Below are positions 33,868 through 40,871 of a stretch of DNA of 40,871 bases, piece after piece; positions within the stretch are counted from its first letter, which is position 1; each line of letters begins with the position of its first letter. The stretch lies in IMG/VR virus record IMGVR_UViG_3300045988_025559; one strand, 5' to 3'. A program made the translations under genes and the position numbers. The notes under the pieces are model-generated. The model was given only the letters and a program-made list of their open reading frames with translations, searched no databases and was not told where the DNA came from. This DNA is from a virus.

Positions 33868-34722
33868 ATGGAAGGCGAATTCACGGGCGCAGGCGCTCAG
33901 ACCATGGGCGCAGCTGACGTCGCCGGTCAGCAGAGCGGGCAGGAGGCAGCCGCACAGGCGCAGGTGCAGCAGCAGCCGGTCACCGTCCCCGACGCTCAGG
34001 GACAGGGTACACAGCAGGAAGAAACGTTTGACAGTCTGATCCGGGGCCGCTACAAGCAGGACTTTGATTCTGCGGTGCAGAAGGTCGTAAAGCAGCGCGT
34101 GCGCGGACTGAACCAGTACAAGGGGCAGGCCGAGGCGATGGCGCCGATCATCGACCAGCTGGGCGCGCTCTATGGGATCGACACGTCGGACCCGAGGAAG
34201 ACGGACTTCGCGGCACTGGCACAGCGCTTTTCCGCTGACGAGCGGCTTTATAGCGCGGAGGCCATGGAGAAGGGCACGACGACGGACGCGCTCAAAAAGG
34301 AGTACGCGGGCCGGGCCGAGAATACGGCCATGCGGCGGCAGCTGCAGGAGTACCAGATGCGAGAAGCCTTCGCCGGGATCCAGGCAGACTTCGCCCGGGA
34401 TGTGACGGCGCGGTACGGCGCGGACTTTGAGACCGAGATGCAGAACCCGGATTTTGCACGGCTCATGGGCGCGGGCGTGCCGCCGAAGACGGCCTATGAG
34501 GTCATCCATCAGCAGGAGATCGCACAGGCACAGGCGCAGCTGGTGGCGAACCAGGCGCGGGAGAACGTCATGCGGACCATCCAGGCGCAGGGCGCAAGGC
34601 CGCAGGAGATCGGCTCCGGCGCTGCGGGCGGAGAGAACGTCCCGATGAAAACACACTGGTCACGCGCGGAGGTGGAGGACATGCGCCGCCGCGCGGCAAG
34701 AGGGGAGCGAGTGATCCCCTGA
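33868..34722 (+). CDS. Scaffolding protein
   Basis: Gln/Ala/Glu-rich helical 284-aa protein directly upstream of the major capsid gene. Confidence 0.65.
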   Translation: MEGEFTGAGAQTMGAADVAGQQSGQEAAAQAQVQQQPVTVPDAQGQGTQQEETFDSLIRGRYKQDFDSAVQKVVKQRVRGLNQYKGQAEAMAPIIDQLGALYGIDTSDPRKTDFAALAQRFSADERLYSAEAMEKGTTTDALKKEYAGRAENTAMRRQLQEYQMREAFAGIQADFARDVTARYGADFETEMQNPDFARLMGAGVPPKTAYEVIHQQEIAQAQAQLVANQARENVMRTIQAQGARPQEIGSGAAGGENVPMKTHWSRAEVEDMRRRAARGERVIP

Positions 34723-34740
34723 GAAAGGAGATAGGAAATC

Positions 34741-35832
34741 ATGTTTAAATCCAAAGTCGGATTTCAGTTTTTTGCTGACGCCGGTACGCTCGTCAACGCG
34801 ACCGGCAACTACGTAAACGCAGGCACCGGCACGACTACGGCGTTTGACAGCGCCAACACGCTGGCACCGACCATGAAGACGTTCTACGACACGCAGCTGC
34901 TCGAGAACGCACGGCCGAACCTCGTGCATGCGCAGCTGGCAGGCCGTCAGGCACTGCCGCGCAACCACGGCAAGACCGTCGAGTGGCGCAAGTGGAACAC
35001 GCTGAAGGACGCGGAGGAGCTGACCGAAGGCGTCATCCCGACCGGCCAGAAGATGGGCCAGACCAGCACGACCGGCGCGATCAAGCAGATCGGCCTGTAT
35101 GTGACGGTCTCCGACCAGCTGGAGCTGCATGCGCTGGATAACGTCATCCTGGGTGCGACCGAAGAACTCGGCGCTTCCGCCGGCACGTCCATCGATAAGC
35201 GCGTGCGCGACGCGGTCGTGGCAGGCTCGAACGTGCAGTACTGCGACAAGGTCGCAGAGGGCGGCGCGCATACGGCAGTCACCAGCCGCGCAGGCCTCGA
35301 CCTGACGGCGAAGCTGACGCCGGACGAGGTCAACAAGGCTGTGACGACGCTGAAGAAGATGAAGGCTCCGAAGATCGACGGCAAGTACGTCGCCATCATC
35401 CACCCGTCGGTCGCATACGACCTGCGGTCCTCGAACGCATGGGTCGAGGCACACAAGTACGCAGACGTCACGCCGCTGTTCTCGGGTGAGATCGGCGAGC
35501 TGCACGGCGTCCGGTTTGTCGAGACGACGGAGGCGAAGATCTTCAACAACTCGACCTGCCCGGTCAAGACTGCAGCGTCTAGCGGAGGAACGACGGTCTA
35601 CTACAGCGTGTACGCGACGCTGTTCCTCGGCAAGGACGCATACAAGATGATCGACCCGGAGGGCGGCAATCTTGAGATGATCGTCAAGGGTAAGGACGAG
35701 ATCGGCGGCCCGCTGAACCAGTTCTCGACCGTCGGCTACAAGGCCGAGATGGCGGCGAAGCTGCTGTACGAGGACCGCATGGTCCGCGTGGAGAGCTGCA
35801 GCGCATACTCCGGCACGGACGAGGCGAACTGA
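34741..35832 (+). CDS. Major capsid protein, N4-gp56-like family (HK97 fold)
   Basis: AAAGGAG RBS. LAPTMKTFYDTQLLENARPNLVHAQLAGRQALPRNHGKTVEWRKWNTL..AEELTEGVIPTG pattern typical of that capsid family. A strong terminator lies shortly downstream. Confidence 0.85.
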   Translation: MFKSKVGFQFFADAGTLVNATGNYVNAGTGTTTAFDSANTLAPTMKTFYDTQLLENARPNLVHAQLAGRQALPRNHGKTVEWRKWNTLKDAEELTEGVIPTGQKMGQTSTTGAIKQIGLYVTVSDQLELHALDNVILGATEELGASAGTSIDKRVRDAVVAGSNVQYCDKVAEGGAHTAVTSRAGLDLTAKLTPDEVNKAVTTLKKMKAPKIDGKYVAIIHPSVAYDLRSSNAWVEAHKYADVTPLFSGEIGELHGVRFVETTEAKIFNNSTCPVKTAASSGGTTVYYSVYATLFLGKDAYKMIDPEGGNLEMIVKGKDEIGGPLNQFSTVGYKAEMAAKLLYEDRMVRVESCSAYSGTDEAN

Positions 35833-35848
35833 GAAAGGAGCACATAGC

Positions 35849-36100
35849 ATGGCAACGAAAGAGACCGCCGCGGCGGCTGTACAGGAAAATCCGGAAGACG
35901 TGTGGAACGTCATGAAGACGATCTACCTGCCCCGCGGGCAGGAGAACGAGGAGCAGAGCCGCTTCGTGGCGGTGAACGGCCGGACGTTCATGGTGCCGAA
36001 GGGCAAGGACGTGCAGGTCCCGCTGCCGGTGTATGAAGTCCTGATGAACGCGCGGATGGCGGAGGAGGAAGCCTTCCGCCGCGCGCAGGCGGACAACTGA
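35849..36100 (+). CDS. Small head-associated protein, function unknown
   Basis: AAAGGAG RBS, 83 aa, between the capsid gene and the terminator. Confidence 0.55.
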   Translation: MATKETAAAAVQENPEDVWNVMKTIYLPRGQENEEQSRFVAVNGRTFMVPKGKDVQVPLPVYEVLMNARMAEEEAFRRAQADN

Positions 36101-36132
36101 CAAGTGAATGCCCATGACGGCATGAAGCAGAG

Positions 36133-36158
36133 GAAGGGGCAGAAATGCCCCTTCTTTT
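36133..36158 (+). terminator. Rho-independent terminator after the capsid genes
   Basis: Stem gaaggggca / tgccccttc with GAAA loop, followed by tttt. Confidence 0.85.
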
Positions 36159-36172
36159 GGTAAGGAGGAAAA

Positions 36173-36550
36173 ATGAAAATTCGGGAAGCGATCGAGACGG
36201 TCGACCGGTTACTGCCGAACCAGTACGAGACGCCGGATAAGGTCCGGTGGCTGTCGGAGCTGGACGGAATCGTGTATCGGGATATCATCTGCACGCACGA
36301 GCACGAAAAGGAACCGGAGCCGTTTACGGGCTACGGGGAGGACGTGGACTTAGAGACCCAGCTTCTGATCCCGTGGCCGTATGATGAGATCTACCGCTGG
36401 TATCTGGGAATGAAGATCTGCGACGCCAACGGGGAGACGACGAAGTATGCGAACGAGGCGGCGAAGTACAACAGCTACTATCAGGGGTATTTCAACGCCT
36501 ACAACCAGGCGTACATGCCGAAGCAGTACGCGACACATTTCAAGCTTTAA
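36173..36550 (+). CDS. Putative head-completion/adaptor protein
   Basis: TAAGGAGG RBS, 125 aa. The call rests on position only. Confidence 0.4.
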   Translation: MKIREAIETVDRLLPNQYETPDKVRWLSELDGIVYRDIICTHEHEKEPEPFTGYGEDVDLETQLLIPWPYDEIYRWYLGMKICDANGETTKYANEAAKYNSYYQGYFNAYNQAYMPKQYATHFKL

Positions 36551-36562
36551 GGCGGTGAGACT

Positions 36563-37663
36563 ATGAGCGTATATCGAGTAGAGTCGGGCGGCAGGGCCCC
36601 GGCTGGGCTTTCGACCGGCGACGAGGTCGTGACCGGCGGCGGCACGTACCGCATCACGGGTGTGAACGCGGACGGCAGCTACCAGTCGCAGCTGGTGAAC
36701 AAGAACCAGACGACGAGGAACTACGGCGGCAGCTATCAGACCAGGAACAGCCCTTACACCATGTCCGGCGTGTCGGACTACACGAGGAGCAAGCTGAACG
36801 GGCTGGAGAGCGGGTACACGCCGTCGGGCAGCGTGCAGGCGGCGCAGGCGTATCTGGAGCAGGTCAAGGCCAGCAAGCCGGGCGCGTATCAGTCGCGATG
36901 GGACGATGAGCTGACGAGCCTGTATGACCAGATCCGGAACCGGAAGAAATTCAGCTATGACATGGGGACGGATCCTCTGTACCAGCAGTACAGGGAGCAA
37001 TACCAGCGGCTCGGGCGGCTGGCCATGCAGGACACGATGGGGCAGGCAGCGGCACTCACGGGCGGCTATGGCTCAACCTACGGTGAGCAGGTGGGCCAGC
37101 AGGCGTACAATGCGTATCTGCAGAACCTCAACGACATCGTGCCGCAGCTGCAGCAGCAGGCATATCAGCGGTATCAGGATGAGGGGACGGACCTTTATAA
37201 ACAGTACAGTCTCGTGAAGGGCCGGGAGGATACGGACTACGGCCGGTACCGGGATACGGTCAGCGATTATTATTCGGATCTTTCGGATGCGCGGAGCGCG
37301 TACAACTCGGAACGGTCGCTGGACCAGAGCCAGTGGGCGACGATGCTCGACTACTGGGCGCAGAAGGCAAACAACGAGAACGCAGCCTACCTGCAGGCGC
37401 TGGCGGCGGAGCAGGCTGCGGCGAAGAAATCCGGCGGCGGAGGCGGCGGTGGGAGAAGCAGTTCATCTTCCAAGCTGAGCGACAAGAAGAACAACACGCT
37501 TGCAAAAGCGGCGCAGGCGTACCGGGCAAAGAACCCGAATGTATATCTGGACAGCCGGACGCTGGACAACTACCTCAACAGCAAGGGATACAATGCGCTG
37601 GAGGCCAATACGTTCAAGGCGTATCTGGAATACTACGGCGCGACGTATCTACGGCAGCGGTAA
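36563..37663 (+). CDS. Gln/Tyr-rich virion (internal?) protein with a poly-Gly/Ser linker
   Basis: RBS AAGGCGGTGA. FSYDMGTDPLYQQYREQYQRLGRLAMQDTMGQAAALTGGYGSTYGEQVGQQAY motif common in gut Firmicute phages. Confidence 0.55.
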   Translation: MSVYRVESGGRAPAGLSTGDEVVTGGGTYRITGVNADGSYQSQLVNKNQTTRNYGGSYQTRNSPYTMSGVSDYTRSKLNGLESGYTPSGSVQAAQAYLEQVKASKPGAYQSRWDDELTSLYDQIRNRKKFSYDMGTDPLYQQYREQYQRLGRLAMQDTMGQAAALTGGYGSTYGEQVGQQAYNAYLQNLNDIVPQLQQQAYQRYQDEGTDLYKQYSLVKGREDTDYGRYRDTVSDYYSDLSDARSAYNSERSLDQSQWATMLDYWAQKANNENAAYLQALAAEQAAAKKSGGGGGGGRSSSSSKLSDKKNNTLAKAAQAYRAKNPNVYLDSRTLDNYLNSKGYNALEANTFKAYLEYYGATYLRQR

Positions 37664-37674
37664 CGGAGGGAAGC

Positions 37675-40600
37675 ATGGGACGAATCACACTGACAGAGGA
37701 ACAAAAGCGGATTGCAGAGAGCATCCGCAGCGGACAGGGAGCCAGCACACAGCAGGCTCCCTCCGCCTATCGCGGCGGAAGAATCACGCTGGACCAGAAG
37801 CAGATCCAGATCGCGAGCAAGTACGGCTTGCCGAACCCGGACTACGGGAAGAACGCGCAGAGCACGCAGACGACCGTAGACGATCCGCTGCATAAGCAGT
37901 ATGCAGCGTTTATGGCATACCAGAACGCCGTGCGGGAGGCGGAGCTTGCGCAGATCGAGCCGGGGGCCGCGCTGAAGGGCCGGGCGAGCGGACAGAAGAA
38001 GACGGAGAATGCGGGGGCGGAGACCGACGGGAAGGTATCAGAGCAGGAATACGGACGGTCTTCCGCGATGCAGAAGCAGTACGGGACGTACCAGAATTAT
38101 CTGCGCGGCGTGGAGGCGGCGCAGGGGCTGAAGCTTGGGACACTGGCGCTGCAGGGACAGAGCGCACTGCTGGCCGGCCGGTTTGCGCCGGCCACGCAGC
38201 AGGTGCGGGGGGACGTGGATGCGCAGAACCGGCGTGCAAAAGCGGCGCAGACCGTGCAGCGGGATCAGGTGCGCGGGATGCGGCGGACGTCGCAGGAGCT
38301 GGACAAGCAGATCGAGGCGCTGGAGATCGAACAGGCGGACACGCATTTCTCCGGGACCGGGCTTTCGGAAAATGGGAAGAGCGTGACGCAGCTGCAGAAC
38401 GAGATCGAGAACCTGCAGGCAAAGAAGACGGCGGTCGACAACCAGAGCGTGCTGGCCCGGGCACAGGAGGCAATCGGGAACCTGAGCGAGGAAGACCAGA
38501 ATCTGCTCCGGCAGTACCGCGGGCAGGAACTGAACGGATATCAGGTGCGGGCGTATGCGAAGTACGACGCGAAGACGGCACTCAACGAAAAAGGATACAG
38601 CGACGACACGCTCAAGCGGCTGGCGGAATGGCAGAAGGTGCTCGAAGACTATGAGAATGCGCAGAAGCTCGACCAGGCGGCGCAGGAGATGGGAAGCGGA
38701 TCCTTCGCGGGGAAAGCTGCGGCGACGCTGTTCTCTGCGGCGCTGGCGCCGGGGAAGGCACTGGGCAATCTGGAATCGCTGCGCGGCGTATTGCCGAAGT
38801 GGGCGGGCGGCTATCAGAACGAGGATATGCCGACGAACATCTACAGCCCGGCGTACAACGCGTCGCGCCTGTCCTCCGGCATTCGGCAGAGCGTGATGCA
38901 GAATATGAACCCGACGGGGCAGTTCCTCTATCAGGCAGGCACGTCGGCGCTGGACAGCGCGGTCAACATGGCGGTCTCGACGGGGCTCGTCGGGACAGTC
39001 GGCGGTGCGGCCGGGGCTGGCGCGAAGGATGCGATCGCGGAGACGATGAACTGGGTGATGGGCTCGCAGGTCGCGGCAGATTCGGTCTATGAGGGAATCC
39101 AGAACGGCAAGTCCAACGCGGACGCGCTGGTCGACGGTATCGTCGAGGGCGCGATCGAGGGCTTCACGGAAAAATACTCCGTGGGCGATATTATCGAGAA
39201 CATGTTGAGCGGGAAGGCCGTGTGGAGGAAGGCGCTGCGGTCGTTCGCGTCGGAAGGCGCGGAAGAGATCGCGTCCAACTGGCTAAACCGTGCGTATGAC
39301 GTGGTGGCGAAGCATGACCGGGGTGAGGTCATGACGGCCTACGCAAATTATATCGCAGAGGGCAGGACGCCGGCACAGGCGCTGGCGGCGATGGTCGGAG
39401 ACTTCGCAAAAGAAGACAGCCTTTCGTTCCTCGCGGGCGGCCTGTCAGGCCTTGCCATGTCCGGGACGTATGCGGGCGTGAACCGCGTGATTTTGGAAGC
39501 AAACGTCACGCAGACGGCCAGAGCGGTCATCGAGGCGGGCGAAGTACAAGACGTCATCGACTATGGCATGGCGCAGGAAGAGGGCACGAAGGCGCACCAG
39601 CTGGCCGAGGAACTGCAGCAGACCGTGGACGATGGCGGCGAGGTGACGCAGAAGGCCGTGGAGAACACGCTGCGTGAGGTGGCGAAGGAACAGCAGGCGG
39701 CCGTGGACGAAGGGCAGGAGCCGCGCGTGCCGGAGACGCTGACCCGGCTCGAGCAGCTGCAGGAACAGGCCCGGCAGGAGCAGGCACAGGCCGAGGCGGA
39801 CGAGAAGACGTTCCAGATCTACAAGAGCGCGGCGGAGACGGCGCAGGAGAACCAGAGGCTTGCGCAGCAGTACCAGCAGGAGCAGGAGCAGGAGCAGAAT
39901 CGGGCACAGCAGAGCGTCCAGGCGGTGCAGCAGGCCCAGCAGTCGGCGCAGCAGCAGTATAACCAGGACAGCTTATTTGCACCCATCCCAGGAACGGAGA
40001 GTATGGGTGAGCTGGATCCGGTGCAGTACGCCCGGCAGCAGACGGCGGACGCGGAGCAGGCGCTCGATGAAGCCGCACTGCAGCAGGAGGAACAGTATCT
40101 GCAGACGCAGGCCCAGAGAGCGGGCTACGACGAGCAGACGGCGGCGTATTTCCTGAACGGGAACACGACGGGCATGCCGGCGGAGCAGTATGCGCAGAGC
40201 TTCGGACAGGTCTATGAGCAGGGCAGACTCGGCGCGAGTGAGCAGCGGGCGATGCGCTACGCCGAAGGAATGAATCAGGACGTGGCGGCAGCCGCCTATC
40301 GAGCGGGCATTGCCGCAGGGCAGAAAGGGGTAAACAATGGCAGTATCGAGGTTACTGATGAAGGACAAATCGGGCAGGCTGGTCAGCGTGCCGAAGGACA
40401 AGCTGGAGGCGTTCGCCAAAGCACAGCGCAGCAGCAAAGAGCTGACGCCGGAAGAAAGAGAGCGCAGGGTGCAAGAGATCTCGCAAAGGCTTGGGATGAA
40501 GTAGAACTTTCGACGCTCGGCTTTGGAAAGGACAACACGCAAAAAGTGCGCGTCATGCCGAAGGGACAAGAGGCCAGAAGCGAGGATATCCAGGCGGCGG

Positions 40601-40871
40601 CAAAATTCTTCCGGTCGATGGGCGTGCAGAACGCGCGGTTCTTCACCGGGCAGCTGACGCAGGAGATCGATGGGCAGACGTTTTATGCGGACGCTGCCGT
40701 GACGGAGGACGGCTCCGTGCTCATCCGGGCGGACAGCGAGGAGTATTCTGCGTTCGAGCTGGCGAAGCACGAGGGGTATCATCTGCTTGCCGAGCGCTGG
40801 CCGGAGATGGCGGCGAAGATCCAGAAGCGGCTGCTGGGCGAGGGCAAGATCACAAAGGCAATGATTGAGAG
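37675..40871 (+). CDS. 5' part of the giant virion ORF (runs off the window and continues at base 1). Coiled coils, Gly/Ala-rich hydrophobic segments, Gln-rich linker, then an HExxH metallopeptidase-like domain.
   Basis: GGAGGG RBS and ATG 37675. I saw no stop in this frame to the window end, and the track lists no complete ORF in this frame, as expected for an ORF without a stop. HEGYH lies at 40768-40782. Confidence 0.8.
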   Translation, partial: MGRITLTEEQKRIAESIRSGQGASTQQAPSAYRGGRITLDQKQIQIASKYGLPNPDYGKNAQSTQTTVDDPLHKQYAAFMAYQNAVREAELAQIEPGAALKGRASGQKKTENAGAETDGKVSEQEYGRSSAMQKQYGTYQNYLRGVEAAQGLKLGTLALQGQSALLAGRFAPATQQVRGDVDAQNRRAKAAQTVQRDQVRGMRRTSQELDKQIEALEIEQADTHFSGTGLSENGKSVTQLQNEIENLQAKKTAVDNQSVLARAQEAIGNLSEEDQNLLRQYRGQELNGYQVRAYAKYDAKTALNEKGYSDDTLKRLAEWQKVLEDYENAQKLDQAAQEMGSGSFAGKAAATLFSAALAPGKALGNLESLRGVLPKWAGGYQNEDMPTNIYSPAYNASRLSSGIRQSVMQNMNPTGQFLYQAGTSALDSAVNMAVSTGLVGTVGGAAGAGAKDAIAETMNWVMGSQVAADSVYEGIQNGKSNADALVDGIVEGAIEGFTEKYSVGDIIENMLSGKAVWRKALRSFASEGAEEIASNWLNRAYDVVAKHDRGEVMTAYANYIAEGRTPAQALAAMVGDFAKEDSLSFLAGGLSGLAMSGTYAGVNRVILEANVTQTARAVIEAGEVQDVIDYGMAQEEGTKAHQLAEELQQTVDDGGEVTQKAVENTLREVAKEQQAAVDEGQEPRVPETLTRLEQLQEQARQEQAQAEADEKTFQIYKSAAETAQENQRLAQQYQQEQEQEQNRAQQSVQAVQQAQQSAQQQYNQDSLFAPIPGTESMGELDPVQYARQQTADAEQALDEAALQQEEQYLQTQAQRAGYDEQTAAYFLNGNTTGMPAEQYAQSFGQVYEQGRLGASEQRAMRYAEGMNQDVAAAAYRAGIAAGQKGVNNGSIEVTDEGQIGQAGQRAEGQAGGVRQSTAQQQRADAGRKRAQGARDLAKAWDEVELSTLGFGKDNTQKVRVMPKGQEARSEDIQAAAKFFRSMGVQNARFFTGQLTQEIDGQTFYADAAVTEDGSVLIRADSEEYSAFELAKHEGYHLLAERWPEMAAKIQKRLLGEGKITKAMIE
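40337..40504 (+). CDS. Embedded 55-codon ORF in the +1 frame of the giant ORF
   Basis: GAAAGGGG lies 6 nt upstream of ATG 40337. It encodes MAVSRLLMKDKSGRLVSVPKDKLEAFAKAQRSSKELTPEERERRVQEISQRLGMK. By hand count, GC3 is about 76 percent in this frame versus about 39 percent in the giant-ORF frame over the same stretch. Confidence 0.45.
   Translation: MAVSRLLMKDKSGRLVSVPKDKLEAFAKAQRSSKELTPEERERRVQEISQRLGMK
40793..40871. repeat. Terminal overlap: exact copy of bases 1-79
   Basis: See the feature at 1-79. Confidence 0.95.

Noticed and set aside
37675-40871. The giant ORF as an N4-like virion RNA polymerase or crAss-like two-barrel RNAP.
   Set aside because: I found no DxDxD-type metal-binding motif and no T7-like polymerase motifs by eye. 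The recognisable domains are peptidase-like and ART-like. A profile search is still needed.

Overview
The window is a complete, circularly closed, GC-rich temperate tailed-phage genome (or excised prophage). Bases 1-79 repeat exactly at 40793-40871, so the unique length is 40,792 bp, and the window is cut inside the largest gene. Modules in order: (1) A giant virion ORF crosses the junction (37675..40792 joined to 1..5237, 2,784 codons). It has an HExxH zincin motif at the junction and an ART-PolyVal-like domain, which fits a polyvalent ejected protein. (2) Tail-fibre genes: a small beta-rich protein, a collagen-like fibre, a receptor-binding protein and a decayed fibre-gene fragment with an in-frame TGA. 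(3) A lysis cassette of three membrane proteins (one an LL-H-type holin) plus an NlpC/P60-like endolysin. (4) A mostly minus-strand lysogeny and accessory block (10.3-16.7 kb). It holds a ToxN/AbiQ-family toxin preceded by three 37-nt tandem repeats, a terminator and a strong promoter (type III toxin-antitoxin / abortive-infection layout). It also holds a three-gene forward cassette of unknown function, a large serine recombinase, a membrane-anchored XRE protein, two envelope morons and a CI-like repressor with back-to-back divergent promoters. (5) An early operon of small overlapping genes, including a Dam-family N6-adenine methyltransferase, a PAPS-reductase-like PP-loop protein, and DUF551, ASCH and DUF1064 proteins. 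(6) A ~350-nt structured non-coding leader, a Zn-ribbon protein, a second NPPF methyltransferase and an HUH rolling-circle Rep-like protein. (7) TerS, TerL, three large tail-associated proteins, portal, scaffold, an N4-gp56-type major capsid protein and head-completion/internal proteins. I found no tRNA, rRNA, CRISPR array or transposase. I recognised no tape-measure, tube or sheath set, so a podovirus-like virion is inferred. The host is probably a GC-rich Firmicute, inferred from strong AGGAGG Shine-Dalgarno sites, the LL-H holin and the serine integrase. All homology statements come from motif recognition by eye and need HMM or BLAST confirmation.
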